Shown: piece by piece, positions 43,283 through 58,485 of the stretch
How the letters are laid out: the number at the start of each line of letters is the position of its first letter
Position numbering within the stretch: the first letter of the stretch is position 1
Assembly: GCA_051294375.1 (NCBI GenBank)
Contig: CM119265.1
Location: 20,031,087 to 20,095,086, forward strand
From: Paraspadella gotoi
Taxonomy: Eukaryota; Animalia; Chaetognatha
DNA: 64,000 nt
Reading direction: 5' to 3'
Translations under genes and position numbers: made by a program
Notes under the pieces: generated by a model
Told to the model about the DNA's origin: nothing
What the model saw: the letters and a program-made list of their open reading frames with translations, nothing else
The model's database searches: none

Positions 43283-44094
43283 TCACGTCTCCAACAGCAC
43301 GTGCCATCTCGTGACCACCTCTCCCCTTCCCTCGATCATCTCCTTCCAATGCAGCCGCCCTTCCTGACTGCTGCTCGTCCGTCCCATCGAGCACCACCCC
43401 ACGAGCTCCTTCTTGCGGAATCCGCTCTTCTTGTAGACGCAGACGACGAGCGTCACGTCGGGCAGTTGGAAATGAGGAACTGGAAAGAGGAAGGACTCTC
43501 GGTAGATGGGGCTGGGTTGGGCCTTGCGCACCGAAGTCTTGCTCTTCTCCAGCTCCTTCCCTCGCTCCGAGACCAGCGAGCAACGGACGTAGGTGTCAGG
43601 GGGCTTCGTTTGGCCCCGGTTGTGGAAGTGGCTCCCTGCGGATGAACCTTGGGGTTGAGGGGAAAGAGGGGGAGTGGGGTTGTGGGTGAAGGTTGGGGGG
43701 GAAGATGATTCGGCGACGGGGAGTGGGGGGGGGCAAAAAATATTTCGCTGAGGAATTTTGATTGGATATGGATTTTGGTTATCATGGGTTTTTTTTATAG
43801 GGCGGGGGGGGGGCTCGTTTATTTGATATCCAGGAAGACGTGTCAAGAGTGTGACGAATGAGGGAGATTGGGAAATTAAGGGTGGGGGAGAAGGGGAGAA
43901 GGGTTAAGGCGTGAGAAGCGAATGAGAGAAACGAGAATTGTTTTAGTTTGAGAATTAAGACGAGAAAAAACGGAGAAGAATTACGTGGAGATTGAAAGTA
44001 GTTTTGGGCTGAAATGGAAGTCGATTTGTGAGAGAGAAAAGAAGAGGGCTGGTGACCGAACTTTCTCCATTTAGAAAGTGACAAACGAGCCACC

Positions 44095-44189
<95 letters not shown>

Positions 44190-45274
44190 CGAGATAGAGA
44201 AATGGAGAAGATGTGATACGAGGTTTTTCATTTTCGAGAAGGTGATCGAACGTGGAATTGCAGTGTTGCCTGAAGACTGTGAAGAGTGTGAAAGACTCGA
44301 CGAGAGAGATTTTTTCGCCTGAAAAACTTTTATCACGACTTTTTCCTCGAGGGAGATAAAAACACGAAGATAGAATTCGAAATAGAATTTTCCGAATCGG
44401 AAAGTCATTAAAACATTTTTTTAAAAAGGAATTTAAACAATTTCGAGGTTTGAACTTTAAGACCGCCTCACGATAGCGAGACATCACTCGCCCAGCCGGT
44501 TCCGCAAAATCTAATGCATAAAATCAGGAACGGCGATTTTTAGCTCATAATAATATAATATAATATAATTCGCATATTGTAGAAGTTTAGATTATATTTT
44601 TAGTATCTCCAGGTTCGGTTTTCTCAAATTTTTTTTTAATTAATATTTTATGGATATTTTTAATATTTTTTGCAATTCATTTAGTTTTCAAAATAACATC
44701 TGAACAATTTCATAGTCGAATTGTAGTTTTACAAAAGGAAGTGTACAACCGACAAAACGAATCCCCCCCCCCCAGCCAAAGACCCCCTCCCCTCACCTCC
44801 AGCGCGACCCGTCCGGTCAGATCGAAATAAGCGAGCGAGACTTGAAGCTCGGGCAGCCCGCCCCCGTGTTGCACGTGTCGGGGCTGCTTGGAGGCGGCGT
44901 CGGGCGACTTGGCCTTCTCCTCGGGGGTGAGACGACCCTTGAGCGTCACGTTGATCGTCTCCGCGAGGGAGACGCGTTCCTCGTCGGGCGTGATGGGCGT
45001 GGCGATCGGCAGAGACGTTCGCGGCTCCAACGCGAGATTCTCCGTCGTCTCGGCGTCGAGGTTGACGGCGGCGAAGCTTTGGACGCATTCGCCTGCCGGG
45101 GGGGGAGGGGGGGCGGGGAGTGGGGTAGGATGGGGAGCGGAGAGAGGGTGGAATCAAGGGGGGATCTTTCTATCCTTCTTTCTTTCTTTCTTTTTTTTTT
45201 CTTTCTTTCTTTCATTCTTTTTTCAATCTCTCTTTTTTGTCTCCACTCTTTCTTTCTTTTTTAGTTTATTTTTG

Positions 45275-45309
<35 letters not shown>

Positions 45310-45512
45310 ATCTTTCTTTTTATCTTTTTTCATCTTTCTTTCTTTATTTTATATTTATTTAAATACATGATCACATCTTTTATTTTTCCTTATAATTCTT
45401 TTTTTTTTTCTTGATTTCTTTCTGAATTTAATTTTCTTTGATCTCTTCGTCTAAATCTTTTTTCCTTCAAAATTTATATTTCAAAATCCTCGACGCGATT
45501 TCTCTCCAACTG

Positions 45513-45575
<63 letters not shown>

Positions 45576-48500
45576 TTTTCCAAATTCTTGCCAACAAATT
45601 CGAAACTGGTATTTTAATTAAGCTTTCCATCTTTCTTTCTTTCTTTCTTTCTCTCTTTCTTTCTTTTTTTTATTTCGTTCTTGCTTTCTTTTTTCTTTTT
45701 TTTCTCACTGGTTTTTTTTTTCTTTTTTTATTATTCTTCTTTCCATTTTTGTTTCCATTTTCTCTTTTATTATTCCAGACTTTTTTTAACTAAATCCGAG
45801 ACTTGCTTTTTTAAAAATTATTCGGCGGCAAAAACCGGTAAAAGCGTGGACCGAGTTTTTGAATCACCAATTTCAGAGCGACGAACAGTGAAACCTGTTC
45901 TAGTGATAAAAAATCAGAGTAGAGGTTAAATCCTGATTTATGATAGTTAATAGTTATGATAGCTGATAGTTAAACTAGAGCAGAGGTTATAACTGATTTA
46001 TTGTTTTAAGTATAATAAAATGAATGAATGAATAAATGAATAAATAAATAAATAAATGAATCTCACTGACATGTACGTGGAACAATTATAGGCGAAACAA
46101 AAGAAGCATTGAAATATTGTTTTTACAATGAACGTACTTTAGTAGCATTACGGTTACCAGCTTCCAAGGTTCTTATCTCATACAATGAAAACGATTGTTC
46201 TTCATTCGTTTAGCTTTAAATTGATTTTCTCCCCAGGGAGCAATATTAATTTCTCATAAATGAAACACGCTATATTTAATATTAGAAAAGTTTTATAGAG
46301 CTCCCAGATCAAAACAATTAGTTATCGTACATAAAATATTTTTAAAAAGAAAAAAAATCCTTCGTCGCTTAAATTTTTTCAAGAAATCCATTTGTCCGTT
46401 TACGCATCCATCGGTATCATATCCGTTCATCCATTCACTCAATCCGTTCATCCATTCACTCAATCCGTTCATCCATTCACTCAATCCGTTCATCCATTCA
46501 CTCAATCCGTTCATTCATTCACTCAATCCGTTCATCCATTCACTCAATCCGCTCATTCATTCACTCAATCCGTTCATCCATTCACTCAATCCGCTCATCC
46601 ATTCCCTCAATCCGTTCATCCATTCACTCAATCCGTTCATCCATTCACTCAATCCGTTCATCCATACACGCAGAGAAAGACACAGATAACGAGAGATAAA
46701 ATTCTTGTGAGCGGCTTCTCTTCTCTTCTCTTCTCGAACACGAAAAGATTAGAAACTCCGGTCATCTTAACCTTTCCTTCACATTCGTACAAATCAAGTG
46801 AAGATGTTACAACGTGGCTTCGAGTGACGATGACGGGTAATAATTTACTCTGCAAAATTTGGCTTTCAAAATTTCTCGAAAATGAGCTGTCGATTACTGA
46901 TGGTGTACATTGATGTACATTGAACGCAACGGATCTTGTAACGTACTTAATACAAACCCAACAGTCAACACTACATCGCTTCGTCTCCACTAATTGATAC
47001 ACCAATTCTCTTATATCATCTTTCGATTTTAAAATCACAACCAACAACATATCATTAACCAGGAAGCCAAACTCTCTGGATCTTTGGGGGTTAACAAACT
47101 AGAGAGGTTTGCAGTGATGCGTTAACCAAACAATATCTGTTGGGGACGAAATAATGTAGCTAATATTATAATCAACGAAAAGTACATTTACTGTTTTTTA
47201 CTAACCAACCTCTCTAAATCTTTCTTCCACAACCTTCCCTCGCCTCGCCTCGCCTCACCCAAGAGCCTTTCCTTCTGCATCTTCTCGTAGCCGTAGACTC
47301 TGACGCGGAGGGCGAAGTTCTTGATGTCCTCCGGAGGGATTCCCCGCAGAGTGAAGGATTCCTCGAAGACAGGGTGGGAGGCGAGTTGCCATTTGGTCTT
47401 GAAGCGCTGTTGCTTGGTTGGGAGGAGGGCGAGGTGAACCTGGGAGGGGGGGAGGAGGGGAAGAGGAGGAGGAGGAGGAGATGGGGCAGGTGGATGAAAA
47501 AGAGGAAAAATACGTAGTCATCAAGGACAATGTTTTCGAAAAACATTGGCAATGAGATTGAAAACTTCTTTTTTCTTTGAAATTACGAAATGTTTTTCCC
47601 GAATATAATTTTAAATATTTTATTTCGTATCTACTGTAAATATGGACTACGAATTTATTACATTTTCTCTAGAATCAATATTCAAAAAAATACGTTTTTC
47701 ATTCTCTTGTTCGAATTGTAAAAATTAACTTTTTTATGTGTGCCTCGTTGTATGTATATTGCTTCAATCAAGTGTAGTGAACGAATGAAACACGATTATG
47801 TAATATATAATGAGGCAGACATTTAGTCAACCACCAAAAACGGCAAAACTTAACCCCTCAACAGATTTACTGATCCTCAACGTCCATTCGAATTAAACCA
47901 AAATGTCCAATCAAGCGCGTCAAACGAATCGGCCTCGCGGCTAAAAATAGAAACCGAGTTCGGTGATTGAACAGTTTTCACTTAAAATTAAATAGAGAAA
48001 AGTAAGACTTGATTTTTATATATATTTTTTTTGTTTGCGACGCAGAGAAGCGTCTCTCGTTTGATTTTCTCTCGAAGGGCGGCGCTGATTAAACAGGAAC
48101 CAGGAATCGTCGAGGGAAATGAGGACGAGACGGTGGCGCAGCGGTGAGGGGGTGGGGGAGTTAGGGGATCGGTTGTTTATGGTGTGAGAAGAGATGGGAG
48201 AGGAGGGTCGTAAGGAGACAGCAGAGATAAGGAGAATCGTCCGGTCGTCACGGTTTTAACGTCGAGCAAAATATAAAAAAAAATTGTCGTCAACCATTAA
48301 TTGACGCAACTCCTTTGAACGAAGAAGGAGAACCTTGAATGAGGAAATTTCGGTTGACGGAAAATGTAAATGGATTCTCAGGAGACAAAATATGATCTCC
48401 GACTTTTTCTATTCGATTCTAATAAATGAATTTTACGCTTAATCGACTTGAGATCATTGAATTCCATCAATAAATTTTTTGAATCCCACAAAAAAAAAAG

Positions 48501-51500
48501 AAACTCCGCAGAATCCAGATTCTTAAAAACCTGAAGCTTGTGAAACCCCGTCCTCTCTTCTCCCGGGAGATCGAAGGTTTTGTGCACGAAGAGAAACATC
48601 TTTTTGACGGAGGCGCGATAGTTGAAGGTGATGGTCACGAACCCGGTGCTCACCTCGATCTGTTGTTCTGGGGCTGGAGGTAAGAAAGGGGGGAGGTATA
48701 ACGCACAGGTATTTCCGAAGCTAATGAAACAAAAACCTTGGAGTCAAAAAGGTGAGGGACGTAAGCAACGATAAAGATAAGGCCTTCCTTTCCTTTTAAG
48801 ACGAATTTCCTCTCATTTCCGAATCATCGACTTTCTAAGTTATTTCTTCTTTTATTCCTTTTTCTCTTTCTTTTATTTGACGACGTAAAAACAAAGGGCG
48901 AAAAGTAGGTTTTTAAGATAAAAAAAAAAGAAAGAAAGAAATTTTGTTTAGCAGTATTGGTTTATAAATTCCTAACACGTCTATTAGCTTTTTTTTTTTA
49001 CAACTTTGGAAGCCGAAATTGCCCTCTGGTCGGGATTTGTCTCGCGTCAAAACGAAGAGAACGTCAAGAAAATTTTCATTTTCGTTGAAGGTTGAAAGAC
49101 GCGACCTTAGAAACTTCGGATTTTCATCTCCTCATTTCCAGACATGTTAACTCATATTTTTTCTCTTTACTTCTCTTTTCTTACATTTTTCTTCTCTATC
49201 TATTTTTTCTCCTTCATACCCTTTTCCTTTTGCTTCCTCATCCAACCTCCCGCTTTTTTTCATCATGTTTCCTTTCTTCTCATCTGTCTTCGTATCTCTT
49301 TTTCCTTTAAGAAAATCAGATGGGTAGAAAAATAAGAAAATGAGAAAAAAATAAAATCTATTTTCAATATACGATATAATAAGAAATTCATGTCCATCAG
49401 ACTGCGATAAATATATCAAGTATTGTATCATGTTATATTATGTTATAGAGTTTTTTACCAGATATATAGAGTTATAGAGTTATATAGATTAGTTATATAT
49501 ATTGTAATTTAACCTTGTGTTGTATAGATGCTCCCTCTATTTCCAGAAGACAACACTGACTTCCCCTTCCCAAATTGAGTTATTAGATATAATATAATAT
49601 AAATTTTTTTTAAGAGAGAAAGCAATATATATTTGTTTAAATAATATAGATTAAATACTAAATCCTTCATAAATTATAAATATAGAAAATAGTGAAACAA
49701 GTAATTTGCAAATTTTCATACAAGAATTAAGCGATTCAGCCATCGATCAACGGTCTGCTATTAGATCTGCAGCAACAGCCCACGTCGTCCGTCAAACGTA
49801 AGAAAGAAAAAAAAAGAAAGAAAGAAATATAAAATAGTGAAACAAGAAATAACCCCCCCCCAAAAAAAAAGGAATTTCCCCCATCTACCATCCTTTTTCT
49901 AAGCCCATCAACCAAACTCCTAACCCCCGCCTCTCCGCCACCTCCTCCCCCCCAGCGGAAATCAACTCACGCTCGTCCAACAAGTGAAACTTGGGCGGCA
50001 AGGAGACGGTGGTCAACATCTCCGGAACCTTCATCGTCGAGGGAATCGGCGCCGGGATCGGAACCGGCATCATCAGCGGAGTCATCTTGCTCTCGGTCGG
50101 CGTCCCTCGCGTCGGCAGCGGCTGCCGGAGAGGCTGCTTCCGGTCCGGCTGAACGTTGGCCGTCTCAGCGATAAAGAATCGAAGGGAGACGCGAGCCGCT
50201 TGGGCGGGGGCCTTGGGTGGCGAGGATGGGCGGGGGAGGTCGAGCTGGGGATGGAAGTGGGGGTGGGGATGGAGGTGGGGGTGGGGGTGGGAGAAAAAGG
50301 TAAGGTTGGGTAAGGAAGAAAATTCTTTCGTCCATGAAGGAGAATCGAGGCGACGCGAGTGAAGAGAAATGAAGCAGGAATAAAAAATCATTCTCGAAAT
50401 ATTTGAGCTGAAAAAATAATTTTGAGATTTTCGTCAGTCGTTCGTTCAGTTCAGTTCAGTTCAGTTCGTCCGTTTTCTTTTCCTCTTTATTATTCTGTCG
50501 CGGCTGGCAGCGTCGTATAAGAACGTCAGCCTTTAAAACTTTATTAGTTAGCATTTTTGTCTGTTTACGTTAAAAAAAGTAAACTACAAAATAAATACGT
50601 ACGTACATATTTTACCTACTGTTTATAACAAAGAAAGCAGTTTCAATTTTTTTTAAATATTGTAAAAAAATATATAAATTTTATACACGTTTATTGTTTA
50701 ATGTTTATTGCATGTGGCCTTTTACCACAACCGCGACTTTTTTCGATCGTTGAAAGATTTTCTTGTTTTTATGTCAGTTAATAAATTATTGATCTCTCTC
50801 AATCGCGGAACAGTTTTTTTTAGCTATAAGTTAAGATTAGGTAATCTCTTTTCAATCTATATTTAATTCTATTTAATTATATTATATATTTAATTAATTT
50901 TTTCAACGAAAAAGAAATTAAAATCTAAATTTGTCTATAAAGACCACAACAGTACAACACTACGACAGTCAACGCTTTTCCAGACTCGGAAAAGAGACGA
51001 CGACGACGACGACGACGACGTCAGCGACGCCACAGAAGCCGAAACCAACAACAACAACAACAAAACAATTGAGAAACTGCCAAACTGATGTCCGAAACAA
51101 CTTCTCGAGGGATCTGGTTTAATAAACTTAATATTCATTATTCAAGGCATCCAAGAAGTAGTAATCGAATTTTCTCGGAAAAATAAAATTCAATATTTTT
51201 CCAAGTGCCAAGTGAAATGGAATAAATTTCCATTGAGGAACCTTTCTTGCTTTTTTTTTTCTTTCTTGCTTTTTTTCTCTTTCTTTCTTTTTTTTCTTTC
51301 TTTCTTTTTCTCCTCTTATTCAGCCAGAAGAGACAGAAAATAGCGTCAATTTTCTTGTCATTTGATTGAAAAAAAAAAAACAAAGAAAGAAAAAAAGAAA
51401 GACACCGTTCAATCAAGTTTTTTCCCCCGTTTTTTTCTCCATGAAACTCGATTTGTTCATATTTGGAACCGAACACAAAGATAAACGTGACGATTCGTTT

Positions 51501-52301
51501 TATATTAAATCCTTTTACGTCAAATATAAACATATAAGAGTCGGTGGCCGCGAGAGAACGTGGCGGTCGCTGCTATGATGAAACCGTTATTACCAACGTT
51601 ATCCGTCAATTCTCGAAAAAAAAAAAATAAAAGATCACATCGAAAATGGAGTCACGAAAAGATCAGAGAAATCTATTTCTCACGATTGCCTAATCCCCAA
51701 ACATTTAAAACCTCACCATCTTTAATTTCTGAACCGAAGTATCGCCTGATTTCCCAATCCCACACGAGCCTCACGCTTTCTACAAAATTACCCCCATTCA
51801 AATTGATCCCAATCCATCCCTACTTTTCTCGCCCTCATTTTCGTCTTCTCCAAACTCGCACGAATTCGATTCGGTTTTTTAACTCACCTTAAATCCTCCT
51901 TCGATGCCCAATCATTTGCTTACTCCAATATTCACCCGCCCGCCCATTCTCCACTGAACTTACCAACTCACTAACCCACCCTGAACTCACCCATCGTCGC
52001 CGGGTAGTTCGTCGTATTCCTCCTTTCTTGACGACGAACAACAACAGAGACCAACGACGACGACTACGAGGACGATGAGGGCGAAGGCGCCGACTCCACC
52101 CCAGAGGGCGTAAGGTGGGATGAGGACGTCGAGCGCGCCGAGGATGGCGTTGGCGATGAGGGCGCCACCCGACGCCGGTGGAGGGTCGGCGGCGGCGCTG
52201 GTGGCGGCTACGGTGGGGGCGGCGGCGGGAGGGGCGGAGGAACCGGCGGGGGGTGGGGCAGCCGCGAACGCAGCGCCCGCCGGGAACGCAGGGAGAGTCA
52301 T
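43283..52301 (-). CDS. SYT14: Synaptotagmin-14/16-like (N-terminal TM plus C2A and C2B); approximate exons 52301-51991, ~50365-49970, ~48721-48654, ~47439-47260, ~47137-47060, ~45092-44797, ~43648-43283
   Basis: C2B peptide GSHFHN..KPPDTYVRCSLVSERGKELEKSKTSVRKAQPSPIYRESFLFPVPHFQLPDVTLVVCVYKK...ELVGWCSMG...HWKEMIEGRGEVVTRWHVLLET* parallels the Syt14/16 C-terminus. Also GGLPELQVSLAY.D.TGRVALE and the C2A segment VHLALLP...RFKTK...PVFEESF. The first exon encodes a TM helix followed by CCC and ends in a GG|gtgag donor. Sequence indels prevent an exact model. Confidence 0.85.
46420..46663. repeat. 21-bp minisatellite (ATCCGTTCATCCATTCACTCA), about 11.5 units, intronic; noisy mirror copy at 39265-39505
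   Basis: Direct inspection; appears as FTQSVHP repeats in the ORF track. Confidence 0.92.
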
Positions 52302-52376
52302 GGTCCCTGGATAGAGTACTATTGTCTTCGATGTCTTCGTCGCGAAAGTGGAAAGTTTTGGCGATTCGTCGCCATC

Positions 52377-52437
<61 letters not shown>

Positions 52438-55400
52438 CCTTAAGTGTCGTCTTACAGAGATTTTCAGAGATTTACATCAGTGGAGGAAAAATATCGCGGC
52501 GACAAAGTCGACATTTTAATTCCGGTTCTTAATACTGTGAGTCGCTTTTCCTTGATGATGTCTCTCGTTGAGTTTAAGTCAAAATCGCAAATAGTCAAAG
52601 TTCAATCTGAAGAGAGAACCTTTTTAGATTTTTAAACAGTAAAATAAACAATTTAAATAGCATTATCCACGAGAGAATATCAGTGAAGCCGATTACAAAA
52701 CCAGTACTTCCAATAAATAATGATCTAGTACAGTCAACGAAAAATCTTATTATAATTAACATTCGAAACAGTCGTGCTTAAAAAAAAAAAAAAAACTGTT
52801 TTGGATTTTGATTTTCTGCCCCGGTGATCCTTCAGTTAGTCGAATCTGATAAGAAAATCGTTCGTAAAAACTTTTTTGTCAACAAAAGAGAAATTCCGAT
52901 TCTAATATATTTTTTTTCTAACTCGTTTTCTTTTTTTCTTTTTTTCTTTTTTCTTTTTCTTTTTAATTTTTACAAAAACGAAAAAAAAAACGTGCAAACT
53001 GAACGACAACGTCGACGACTAGAACGACGAACATTTTATTTCGGTCGAATTAGCTATCTTTTTTTATTATGTTTTAGTAATAAAACTTTTATTCCGCTTT
53101 AGTTCTTAGACTTTTAAGTCGTTAATAACGCAGGAATGAACCGAGAAAGGAGAGCGCCGAGGAGCCGCGAGTTAGAGAGCGTCCTTTTTGGCGGGAGGTT
53201 TGGGGTTCCAGTCCGTAAAGACTCTCGGGATGTGTGTTGGGAAATGATCGACGGAATTTCTCCCTTAAGATCACGAAGGCTTGAATGGATTTTTTTTTCT
53301 TCAAAACAGACGAGCAATAAACGGAAGAAATTTTTTTTTTTAGCTGTAGGAAAGCAACAACGACGACAACGACGACAAACAAGTTTTTTTCGAAAAGAAA
53401 AACGGCAGAGAAACTGGAATTTCTACTAGAGAAAGGTGAAGCAAAGTCTCAGAGAGGAAGAGAGATTGTATGATGAGATGAGAGATCGAGAGAGAAGATG
53501 AGAGAAGCATCGAAGATGGATTCAGAGAGATGAGAGAGATGTGAGTAGAGAAAGGAAAAGGAGGTGGGAGAAAATTCAGGTTGGGTCGAATGAACTTACC
53601 TCGGGCTCGGTAAGAAATAAAACCCAGTTGAAATATAATTAAAAAGTATTTTATGGTTTGAAGGAGGTAAAATAGATTTAAAGTTGTCGTTGATTTTTTA
53701 AAAATTGTATTGACTCTTTTTTTCATTCTTCAACATACAAGTTACTTTCTAACAAAATTATTTTTTCACGTTTGGCTTTGACGAGGACCCACCGACCGAC
53801 CGATCGACCGACCGACCCCACGGACGCGATTATTGACGGATTATCTGTGATTAGGGAAAATCCTACGACCGATTTTAAAAATGTTGAAAGAGCAAAAGCG
53901 ACGGCATCACTGATAGTATTAATACGACGAAAATTAGATGAAAAATTTTACAAAAAAAAAAAAAAAACTCCTTACTCGAAAAATATCCTTGGTCTGTTCC
54001 ATTTCATTTTTTGTTTCACGTTGAAAAAAAAAATTAGCGCTAAAATTGACCTTGAAAAGATAATTAATTTTTTTTTTCTCTAAGATAAATGTAGTGGGAC
54101 AAGTCAAAACGCGAACTTTGCTTAAAAATTCTCATCATGCGCTTGTGCAGGGTAACTGGCGAAGAGTAAGAATCAGAAGAAAGAGAAAAGTGACTCAACC
54201 GCCATATTACGCAATGATTTTATCTACAAAGCGATCAATCCATAATGGTACGCAAAGAAGGAACGGCAAGGAGAAAAGGCTTCCTTTGAAAAATTCCAAC
54301 GAGCAAAACCTTTTTTGCAGTATTTTTTTTTCATTTTATTTTATGATTAGATTGTGGCAAAATATTAAATATGATTAATAGCGTAGATGCAAAGGATTTA
54401 ACGAAGCGACGCTGACCTTTTCGAAAAATTGGTTGTCGCGTAGATAAAATGCCAATTCATGACGTAACTCTGCAAAATTTGAATCTAGATTCAGAAAAAG
54501 GGAGATCGGTGAAAACGAAAAGGTAAGCCAGGCCATCTCTCTCCGCGGGATTCTCGACGGTGATGTAAGAGAAAGAGGGACTCGATCAACTCGTTTCTAA
54601 AAAGTCGTCGAGCGAGTTGGTCCACCGAATCCGCTTTTAACTGGGTCTCGGAGGGAAGTCAAAAAAAAAAACGTGAAAATGCAACGTGAGCAGGTGGCTG
54701 AGGAAACTTTGTAACGTTGCCAGTTATTAATCTGGGTGAACGTTTATAAAACAAAAATTGTGCGATTGTACTTCCTTAAAAAAGTGGGAATTGAGGCAGG
54801 TAAACTCTATTTTCGAGGACTCGGATGTTCACGAGTGCTTTTAACTCTTCTCCAATGCAACGTGACTTTCTTTTTTTACGTCATCGCTCTCGATCTCACT
54901 TTTCCAAATCTTTTCCTTCTCCCTGACTTCCACCGAGTTTTTTATTTTCGACTTTCTTGTCTCTCTTCTCCGAATTTAATATCAGAGTTTTTGCTGCGCT
55001 CAACAGTTAAACTCAATGTTTAACCGATATAGAGGAAAGAAAAATGATTCGTTAAAAGGAGAATTCGAGTGGGAAAGAAAAGCAAAAGGGGCTAAAGTGC
55101 AAAAAAGAAAAGAACAACTGAAGAAAAAAAAAACAGAAGAACATTATAGCATAAAGTGAAAGAAAGTTGGGGATTGGGGGATATGGGAAAAGAAGTGCAA
55201 ATGTCTTCAGGAGAGGGAAGAAGGGGGGGAAAAGAACAAAAAAGGAAAAACCGGGAAAAAAAGAGAAAACATAGACAACGACCTTCAACTGCTTTTCGGT
55301 TTATTCGTTTGACTCTTGACCTCGTTCTATTGCTTATTATCGTTAACGAGGTAACACCGACGTCGTCTCCACGAGTAAACAGCGTCGAAATGGCGCGTTT

Positions 55401-58400
55401 TTAAACCCCGACCTGCAGAGTTGTTACGTGTTTGATACGTAAATGTTACGATACAACGAATTCTGATGACGAAAGATCTAATTGATGAAATAGAAGTCGG
55501 CAAGCTGCTACATACGGTTTCGGTTCGATTAAATTTTTTATTTGGATTCCGACTTTTGCTCACATTTTACTAGGAATACGAAGGCAAAGATTGAGTTACA
55601 AACCGAGGAGGTTTCCTTTTTTTCCCTTTTTTTTTCAATCGACAAAGAATCTCAAAAGATCCATTCTGAGCTCGTTTTATATTGGAAAAAAAAAAGTTTT
55701 TTGATGAAAGACGTCTGTGTCAATCTCTCTCTTTCTCTCTCTCTCCCTCTCCTTCTTTCAACTACCCATTCCCAATAGCTTTGAGAATAAACATATTGGT
55801 TGCTGACTTTGATTCCATCTGTGGAGTTGGTTTTTCTCTTCTTCAAATTTTCAATTTTGAATGAAGAAAGAATGAATAACAAAAAGGAAAAAAATATAGG
55901 ATTTTTTTGTGGGGGAGGAAAATTTTATATGAGCCTCAAAACTAAGAAAACAAAATGCTTTCAAAACCTTTTTTTTTTTCTTTTCGGGAATTGATAGTTA
56001 AAATATCTCACGGCATCAAAAACATACCCGACACTGCCCGTCGTCGCTTCTCACAGTTCGTCATTGCCATATATCGAAACGGTTGTAAACGGATAAAAGC
56101 CGAAATGCACCAAAAATACTCGGTTTTTCTTCCACGTAATCGATGAGCAACGAAATTCTCTCGAAACAACTATTCCTATTCACAGTTTCCCCCCTGCTCA
56201 GAATCCATGTCGAAACGCGAGACGGGATCGAACCAGAGACCCCCATCGAGCTCACGGGTTGGACCTCGCCGACCCGCGGGTGATTTTTCTTCCGTCTCCC
56301 TCCGAGTCGAGTCCCTGTCGATTTCAGCGTCGCGCAGGGAGAGGGCGTGCATCGTCGTCGTCTACGCGGACGCTCTCGCTCTTCTTCATAGTCGTCGTCT
56401 TTGGCGCGTCGTCTTCGTTATCGTCGTCTTCATCTTCGGTTATTTCCGTCTCACGACAAAACGTCGGAATCATGCGACTCATGGCTGACCTCCAGTTTGT
56501 AATTTCGTATGTTATATTTATGAAGAGCTGATTTTATTTTATTTCCCACGGACTCGACTTTCGGCAAAAATTAGACTTAACGTAAAGTGATTTGAATATA
56601 TTTGAATTTGTAATACAAATGTTATTTGTTAGTTTTCAAGTTCTGGAAGTTTTGAAAAAAATCATAAACTAAATTTGTAATTGGTATTCAATATATTCAA
56701 TATATATTCAATTGATATTCACAATATCATAATTTTATGGTGTTCAAAAACAAGATCGAATCAACAAAAATAAAAAACAAAAAGAAAATATGAACACCTT
56801 TTTTCGTTGTCGTTTCGAAAAAGAAAAAAAATGAGACGAAAAAAACTTCCCCCACAAATAATCGTCGCTCAGGTTCTGATGATGGCAACTACAACAGGTT
56901 GGTGGCAGATTGTAAACTCTCATTTGACAAGGCATATAGTGATGAATCCTTCGAGAACCAAGTATCCACAATCGATTTAAATCAATAAATAATATTCTCA
57001 AATTCGATAATCAGTTGGAACGTTATGCTATCACTGCATCAGCCAGAGCGTGGAAAACAACGATTGTTTAAACTTGCCCAAAAGGAAAATCCTCGCAATG
57101 AACCTCAACGACTCCATCAACCATTTTCCTCGCAACCAAGTCAGCATCCACAATTGTTCAGAAACAAAGGTTAGATATTATCTAATAGATAATTAGGACA
57201 GCAATTCCATCATTAGCTTAAGCATTCTTGAAAAAAATGCATGAAACAATAAATAATTTTAACAATGTTTTAACTTAGCGACTTAACAAGATAGATTATA
57301 ATTAGACTAAATTAATTGTTTTACTTATAACCTTTAGAACAGATATCAACGGAATGGACCAAGTCGTTATACTATATGAAATTAGTAAAAACAACATAAT
57401 ATACTATATACAATATAGTTATGAGTCCTTAAGTTCTTTGGCACTCGAATATCTTCTTTATAATAACGTCGGAGACGGTTGTAGAAATCGCCACTCAATC
57501 TTGATTAAAAGACTAAATTATTTTCTTCACGTACATAACATAACACTACATAACTAAAAAAGCTCATAAGCTTAAGCACAAATACTAATGGAATGAACCA
57601 AGTCCTAATTATAGCATCAACTTTAAAAAAATAAAGAGCAAAATTTATGTTGCTTGTGGAGAATTTGACCTTAAAAAAAAATTTATGCAAACGGCCAAAG
57701 TCAACTTTTCTTTGGTCAAGCCACTCCGGTTCGATCAATTATGCATAAACAAATAACCAGCTCAGAGATCCCGTTGGTTACCGGCGAGAACGTAAATAAA
57801 AAAAATGCGATAACGGGAAAAAAATAAATACAACGACAGACACAAAAACCAATATTGACTTAATAAGCGCTGACCGTTGACCGCTTGTTATAATAATAAT
57901 AAATACTCCTTGTCGATGTTGGTTCACTTTACTGATTAAATAATAAATATACATATTTTTTGTGCGAGTTGCGTCATTCTCTGGTTAAGTAAGGTGTGAG
58001 TGCAGTTATGCGATGCAAAGACTAACAATCACAGAGTATTACATTTTCTTTTTGTGAAGGAGGCGAAGGATTACGAGTTCTTCCGGCGAAACTCATCAGA
58101 GTTAAAGCCTCTGACGTGGAGATGCGCAAAGCAAGTTCAGTATTCTCCTTACGGTTAGGAACTTGGGCGTTTGAGCTTTTCTCTCGAATCCTTATCTTCA
58201 ATGTCTTGAAAGGAGACGCCTGTCCAAATGCGTCTCTTGACAATTTAGAAGTTAACTTCCTTTCAAACCAACATCGACAGGGGCTGCGCTCTACGCGAGG
58301 AGACAGTGTTTTCCCTCCTACCCTTACGGACGAATAAAGAACGACTACGAAGGATGCAAGGTAAGGGATTGGTGTTGACTCGGTTTCATTTCCAACTTGT

Positions 58401-58485
58401 CATTTGATAAAATTTCTTCGCGGCCGAGTATTTTCTTTGGTTTTAATTTTAAATACAGAAGGCTTCATTTTATAAAATGAGGTAC

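Larger units (their letters stand above)
34597..51318. repeat. ~8.2-kb inverted duplication (34597-42787 and 43131-51318) around a 25-N gap (43102-43126)
   Basis: 43131 onward is the reverse complement of 42787 backward. Homology ends at aagaggagaaaaa (34598) and tttttctcctctt (51318). Confidence 0.95.

Noticed and set aside
56860-58360. Short open frames and exon-like segments upstream of Syt14
   Set aside because: No recognisable domain or consistent splice chain.
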